Below are positions 59,548 through 64,000 of a stretch of 64,000 bases of DNA, piece after piece. The notes beneath the pieces were generated by a model, which had not been told where the DNA came from, did no database searches, and saw only the letters and a list, made by a program, of their open reading frames with translations. The stretch's first letter is position 1. Each line of letters opens with the position of its first letter. Source of the stretch: an uncultured Spirochaetota bacterium (lineage in GTDB: Bacteria; Spirochaetota; Spirochaetia; SZUA-6; Fen-1364). The position numbers and the translations under genes were made by a program. The stretch is from assembly GCA_963734545.1 (NCBI GenBank), contig CAVTHO010000009.1:146747-210746 (forward strand). The letters are read 5' to 3'.

Positions 59548-62166
59548 CTACGTGCAGAGCCTCACCAGGGTGAGGCGGCGCGATCGCAGTCGAACCTCCG
59601 CCATCCCATCGACAACCGGCAGGGCATCACGATCGTCCTCGAGCGTTCCGCAGAGAAATGCGGCGCGCACGGGCGCTCCGCCGGGCCGCAGCCGGGCCGT
59701 CGTCTCATCCCTCCCCACGCATGTCAGGCGCAGCATGGTTCCCCGGCCGTCTGCCGCCGGCTTTGCATGATTGACGAGGACCCCTTCCCCTTCAACCACG
59801 AGCAGCCTGCCCTCCCGCGCGCCATTCGTGACGAACGCCGGATGCGCGAGCAGGGGGTGGATGAACTCTCGCGCGCACGGGATGAGCCCTGCCGCGTCCG
59901 CGGCAGAGGATGTCAAAAACCCGTATCGAAGCACGGTGAGGCCGGGCTGGGTAAGGGGGTAGTTGGTGTACCAGTAGTTGTTCATCGGCCAGGCCAGAAG
60001 GAGCGGTCTTTCCGGCCGCGGCACTTCACCGAGCAGCCGGCCGAATCCGAATCCGCCTGCCTGCACGAGCGTTGCGTCCGGACAGAAGAGGGCAGCCACC
60101 CGGCCCGCGCCCTGCATGGCCGCGAAGGTGTCGACGCTCATCCATCCTCGACTGCTTCCCGGAAGCTGCTCCCTGTCGAGCTCCACCGGCACTCCTGCCG
60201 TGTCGAACAGGCACTGCCACGAGGCGGGGAGATCGAGCGGAAAGGCGAAGTAGATTGACTCAGGCTCCGTGCAGTCCGTCTTGTCCAGTGCTGCCTCCAG
60301 CTCCATGCAGGGAGAGTCGGCCCGCAGGGTGATTCGCTGCCGCAGGCTCCTGACCCCGGGCGCTTCCAGATACCGGATGAAGGAGATCGAGTCGGCGTCC
60401 CGTTCGACGCCGAGAGAGAGCAGGCGGGAGGCCCGCCGCCGCTCGGCGCGCCACCCGGTTTTCCAGCAGTGCTGATCGAGCTTCTCCCTTTCCAGGTCCC
60501 GTTCATAGAAGGCCTTCCGCGTGCCGTCAAAGAGCGGGTCGGGCCGCTCATGCACGACATCGAAGAAAGCATATTCGCTCTCTCTCGGAACAGCTTCCCA
60601 TCCCAGGGTCTTGTCGAGAAGCGAGGTGACGCGTCCCGTGGAGGAATCGAATGAAAGCCGATGGAAGGGCGACTCGATGATTGTCGAGGTTCCTCCCTGC
60701 ACACGGGATGCAAGCCCGGGATTTCTCGGGGCGGGTACAAGACCGGAGAGCGGCAATTTCATCCAGCCGAAAGCCGGCAGCTCGAAGGGACCGTAGACGA
60801 CACCGCGCGCACGTCCCTCGGCCTGCTCCGCCCAGGTGAAACGGACACTCCGCAGGCTCTTGCCCGGTTGCTTCCACGTGTCGGGCACCCGCACGTACGC
60901 CCGGCGCGCCGTTTGAACGGGATTCAGTATAAGGAGGTGATCGGGTCTCGCGGACTGCGCCGGATTGGCCGCCAGGCTTTCCAGCTCGCCGATGAGCAGG
61001 TATTCCGCGCGCTCGCGCGCCTGATGTGCAAGCGCGGTCTTCAAAGCGGATTGCGCACGCGCGGGAGGCAGCTCGGGCGCGGGGTCCCAGTAGGTCCACG
61101 TATGCTCGCAGAACAGCGCGAGGTCCGCCCACGCCTGATCGGAGACTTTCTTCGCGGCCGCCCTGCGCGGAATCCCGGCTCCCCGCTCCTCGGCCGCGCG
61201 GGCCCCGGAGAGCAGCTCCGCGCGCTCGAGAGTGAACCGCGCCTTCCTGCTCACCGCTGTCTCGTACGCCGTGCTGCCACTGCCGAAGCTCCAATAGTCG
61301 GTCCAGTCGCCGCTCAGCACCGGGAGGGAGGCGGGTGCAATCCTGCGGAGCCGCGCGAGCAGGTCCGCAGGAGTGACGTAGCGGATAGGGGGAGTGCCGA
61401 CCGACTCATTCCATTGCCTGATGAGCCCCGCCACCCAGGGATTCGGCGGCGAATTGTCCCAAGCTTCAGGGGAGTTGGTGGTCGTCAGGTAGAGGAAGTC
61501 ATGCGGGTATCCGCTTTGCTCGAGGCGCGCGCAGAAGCCTGACAGGCCTTCCCGCATTCGCTCTATGGAATTGTCCCAGGTCCTCAGGAGCTGATCGAAC
61601 ATCGTGTAGTGGCTGCCGTTCATGACCAGGAGCCTGCGCCCCGAGGGGGCTGTCCAGAGGAAGACCCCCGGTCGCGGTGAGACGAAATGTCCGTTGTCAA
61701 TATTCACTGCCATGGTCAACAGCTCGATGCCCGCGTCCATCATCAGGTCCGCGAGCGGCCACGCGACGCCATTCACGTCATGCTGGTTGAGGGTGACAAT
61801 GGGAATCCCGAACCTGCGTCGCAGCGCCCCGAGCGGGGCAAGCTGGCGGCTGAGAATCTCGGCGCTGCACAACGGCGACGTGTTGTACTGCATTGCCGAG
61901 ATGCCAAGGCGCCCCTGGGAGAGAAAGGTCTGGAACCGGTGGAGGTCCTTCTCGTCCGCGGTCTCCATCCAGCGCAGGACAGGCGCGGTTACCTCGCAGG
62001 TCCATTTGGGCCGCGAGTGCGCGGGCCAGTCGGCAGTCTCCGACAGCATCTCGAGCGCCTGGTCGATGTATTCGCTGTGGAGCTCCCAGACGATGGGCGG
62101 GGAGTGCGTGTAGCCCACGTCCAGGTGGCTGTGATGCAGGACGAGGATCTCCCGGATCTCCGGCAT
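59548..62166 (-). CDS. GH38-family alpha-mannosidase-like glycoside hydrolase
   Basis: N-terminus LVLHHSHLDVGYT (GH38 metal-binding signature). 872 aa, uninterrupted. Confidence 0.75.
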   Translation of the reverse strand: MPEIREILVLHHSHLDVGYTHSPPIVWELHSEYIDQALEMLSETADWPAHSRPKWTCEVTAPVLRWMETADEKDLHRFQTFLSQGRLGISAMQYNTSPLCSAEILSRQLAPLGALRRRFGIPIVTLNQHDVNGVAWPLADLMMDAGIELLTMAVNIDNGHFVSPRPGVFLWTAPSGRRLLVMNGSHYTMFDQLLRTWDNSIERMREGLSGFCARLEQSGYPHDFLYLTTTNSPEAWDNSPPNPWVAGLIRQWNESVGTPPIRYVTPADLLARLRRIAPASLPVLSGDWTDYWSFGSGSTAYETAVSRKARFTLERAELLSGARAAEERGAGIPRRAAAKKVSDQAWADLALFCEHTWTYWDPAPELPPARAQSALKTALAHQARERAEYLLIGELESLAANPAQSARPDHLLILNPVQTARRAYVRVPDTWKQPGKSLRSVRFTWAEQAEGRARGVVYGPFELPAFGWMKLPLSGLVPAPRNPGLASRVQGGTSTIIESPFHRLSFDSSTGRVTSLLDKTLGWEAVPRESEYAFFDVVHERPDPLFDGTRKAFYERDLEREKLDQHCWKTGWRAERRRASRLLSLGVERDADSISFIRYLEAPGVRSLRQRITLRADSPCMELEAALDKTDCTEPESIYFAFPLDLPASWQCLFDTAGVPVELDREQLPGSSRGWMSVDTFAAMQGAGRVAALFCPDATLVQAGGFGFGRLLGEVPRPERPLLLAWPMNNYWYTNYPLTQPGLTVLRYGFLTSSAADAAGLIPCAREFIHPLLAHPAFVTNGAREGRLLVVEGEGVLVNHAKPAADGRGTMLRLTCVGRDETTARLRPGGAPVRAAFLCGTLEDDRDALPVVDGMAEVRLRSRRLTLVRLCT

Positions 62167-62176
62167 GAGGAGTCGG

Positions 62177-63929
62177 CTACTCTCTCTCGTGCAGCAGCAC
62201 CTTGAGCTGCTTGATCTCGCTCACGAGCCGGTCCCTGCCCATCTCCCTGAACCGGCGCGGCACCATCTCGCGGCTCGTGCACTCCAGCACCGCCACAAGG
62301 TTCTGCAGCTCGATCTCGTGCGGATACGCGGGCGGCATGAAGTCCTGAATCGTTTCCTCCAGGTCCCCCTTTGTCACGAAGACGTGGTTGTTCATCGCGG
62401 AGAGGAACTTGGCGCGAATGAGCACCGATTCGAGGTCAGCGCCCGAGAACTCGTATTTGTACCGACGGAAGAGGTCGGCCACGTTCGTCTTCTGCATGCG
62501 CAGGTTGAGCTTCTTGACCAGCGTGGCGAACAGGTCTTCTTTCTCCTCTATGTTTTCCGGGTAGAAAAGGGCGAGGTGCTCCTCCGCCCTCCCCTGCCGC
62601 TTGAGGTCGATCGGCAGAAGGTCCGGACGGCAGGTAATGAGAAACCAGATTATCTTTCCCCGGTACTCGGTGTTTCCCATGAAGGAGGCGATCTGGCCGA
62701 AGATCCTGTTGCTCGTTCCCGAATCCCCGTCCTGGTTCCTGTCTCCCAGGAAAGCGTCCGCTTCGTCGATCATCACCCCGACGGGCGCCATGGCCTTGAG
62801 GATGTTGAGGATCTTCTCCAGATTGCTCTCCGTGACGCCCTGCCACTTGGAGCGGAAATTGCGGAACTTCACGATCGGGATGCCGATATCCCCTGTAAAG
62901 GCGGTGACCATGAAGCTCTTGCCCGTGCCCACCGGACCGGGCAATGAGATACCCCATGGGCAGCACGTCGAACCGGCTCTCGCGGATGGCCTTTGCGGCG
63001 CTGCGAAACCTCTTTTTCACGAAATCGTGACCGGAGACGGCCGAAAGGTCGTGCTCGCTCTCGATGAACTCCAGGAGGCCGACCGCTTCCGCCTCGATAA
63101 TCTGCTTCTTCTTCTCTTTCAGATAGCCGAGCCCGATCTCCCGGTCCTCCTGGAAGCTCTCCGCGGCGAGCTGGTTGAGGTTCACGAGGTTCAGGCCGCT
63201 CGTGATGCCGGCGAACTCGGGTATGGTGAGCGTTTCCTCCAGCAGGAGCTTGCCGTTCCTGTCCAGGAAATGCAGGAAGCTCTCCCGCACTTTCTCGTCC
63301 GGAATGGGGAGGTTCACCTTGATTGCGCTGGGTGAGCGCACGATGGTCGGGTTGAGGTCCGCCAGGTTCTCCGTAAGAAGGAGGATCGATACGTCGCCCT
63401 GCGTGAAGATCGGATCATTGGCCCAGCGATTGAGGGTGACCAGGCAGTAGCGGTCCTCGTCGGTATAGCGGGAGATATCCGTGTTGGGGACCACCGTTTC
63501 AGAGTAGTCGATGATGAGCACGATGCGCTTGTTGTGCGTGATATTGGCGTAGAAGTATTTCTCCAGATGGCTGAGCGCCTTCACCGGATTGCGTGAGAGC
63601 AGGTTTCCCGGCGTGGCGTGCGGCATGAGATGCTTCATCTTCTCCAGATAGTCTTTTTTCATTTCGGGCTTGCAGAAGCTCACCCCAGAGGAGCGGTCAT
63701 AGAAAACGATGATGTCCCTGTTTCCGAAAAGCACCTCGGACACGTAGTCCTGTATCTTCACGAAATTGAACTCCCCCTCTTTCATCTTGTGAGGGAGAAA
63801 ATCCCGTATGTTGCCGGAAAGCAGATAGAGATTCGCGGTCTTCGAGCAGTACTTGTAGGAAAGCTCCTGCGCCCAGGCAGGGAGCACCTTGATGAAGGGC
63901 AAATTCTTGACAATGAGCTGTTCAGCCAT
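62177..63929 (-). CDS. AAA+ ATPase with a ~330-aa uncharacterised N-terminal domain; one apparent frameshift near 62940
   Basis: Walker A GPVGTGKSF and Walker B VMIDEAD. Sensor-2 region SGADLESVLIRAKFL. GGGAGGGG RBS. Locally lower GC than neighbouring genes. Confidence 0.65.
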
Positions 63930-64000
63930 CGTTCCCCTCCCAAGGAATAGATAAGCTACCTATGAGTATAGGGGCAAAAACAGTACGCCGTCAACCTTCG

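Overview
This is a 64-kb high-GC (~65-68%) bacterial chromosomal segment with about 50 protein-coding genes on both strands. I found no rRNA, tRNA or CRISPR array.

Gene content, in order along the window:
- a GT4 glycosyltransferase, a SAM methyltransferase and a UGT80-like GT1 trio, with a divergent MFS transporter and a second methyltransferase;
- GH5, GH1, GH27 and GH38 glycosidases;
- an NHEJ locus: Ku and a standalone ATP-dependent ligase share an operon with an unusual BRCT-HTH-TPR protein, and a divergent LigD-like PE-Lig-Pol protein has lost its ligase catalytic motifs;
- a vapBC toxin-antitoxin pair;
- DUF1684 next to a bacterial ERG2/sigma-1-receptor homologue that sits in an MFS / Fe-S protein operon;
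- sirtuin, tdh-kbl, an acyl-CoA synthetase, mtnA, and the bacillithiol genes bshC-bshB;
- a four-gene cluster of signal-peptide proteins (two small pilin-like proteins, a PapD-like chaperone candidate, and a 980-aa protein with a beta-barrel plus CarbopepD_reg domains), with an intrinsic attenuator after the first gene. I read this as a candidate undescribed chaperone-usher-like surface-fibre system;
- clpB, PBP1C, an EamA transporter, panE, a short alaS, a TPR protein, hisB and a P-type ATPase;
- two two-component systems, a sugar ABC transporter, and an AAA+ ATPase at the right edge.

Many conserved genes (alaS, clpB, tdh, kbl, bshC, bglB, the P-type ATPase and others) carry single-base frameshifts. 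They cluster at homopolymers and short repeats, so I suspect uncorrected indel errors in the assembly rather than real pseudogenes. I therefore give frameshifted genes as full-length loci. Start codons are approximate because GTG and TTG starts are common.
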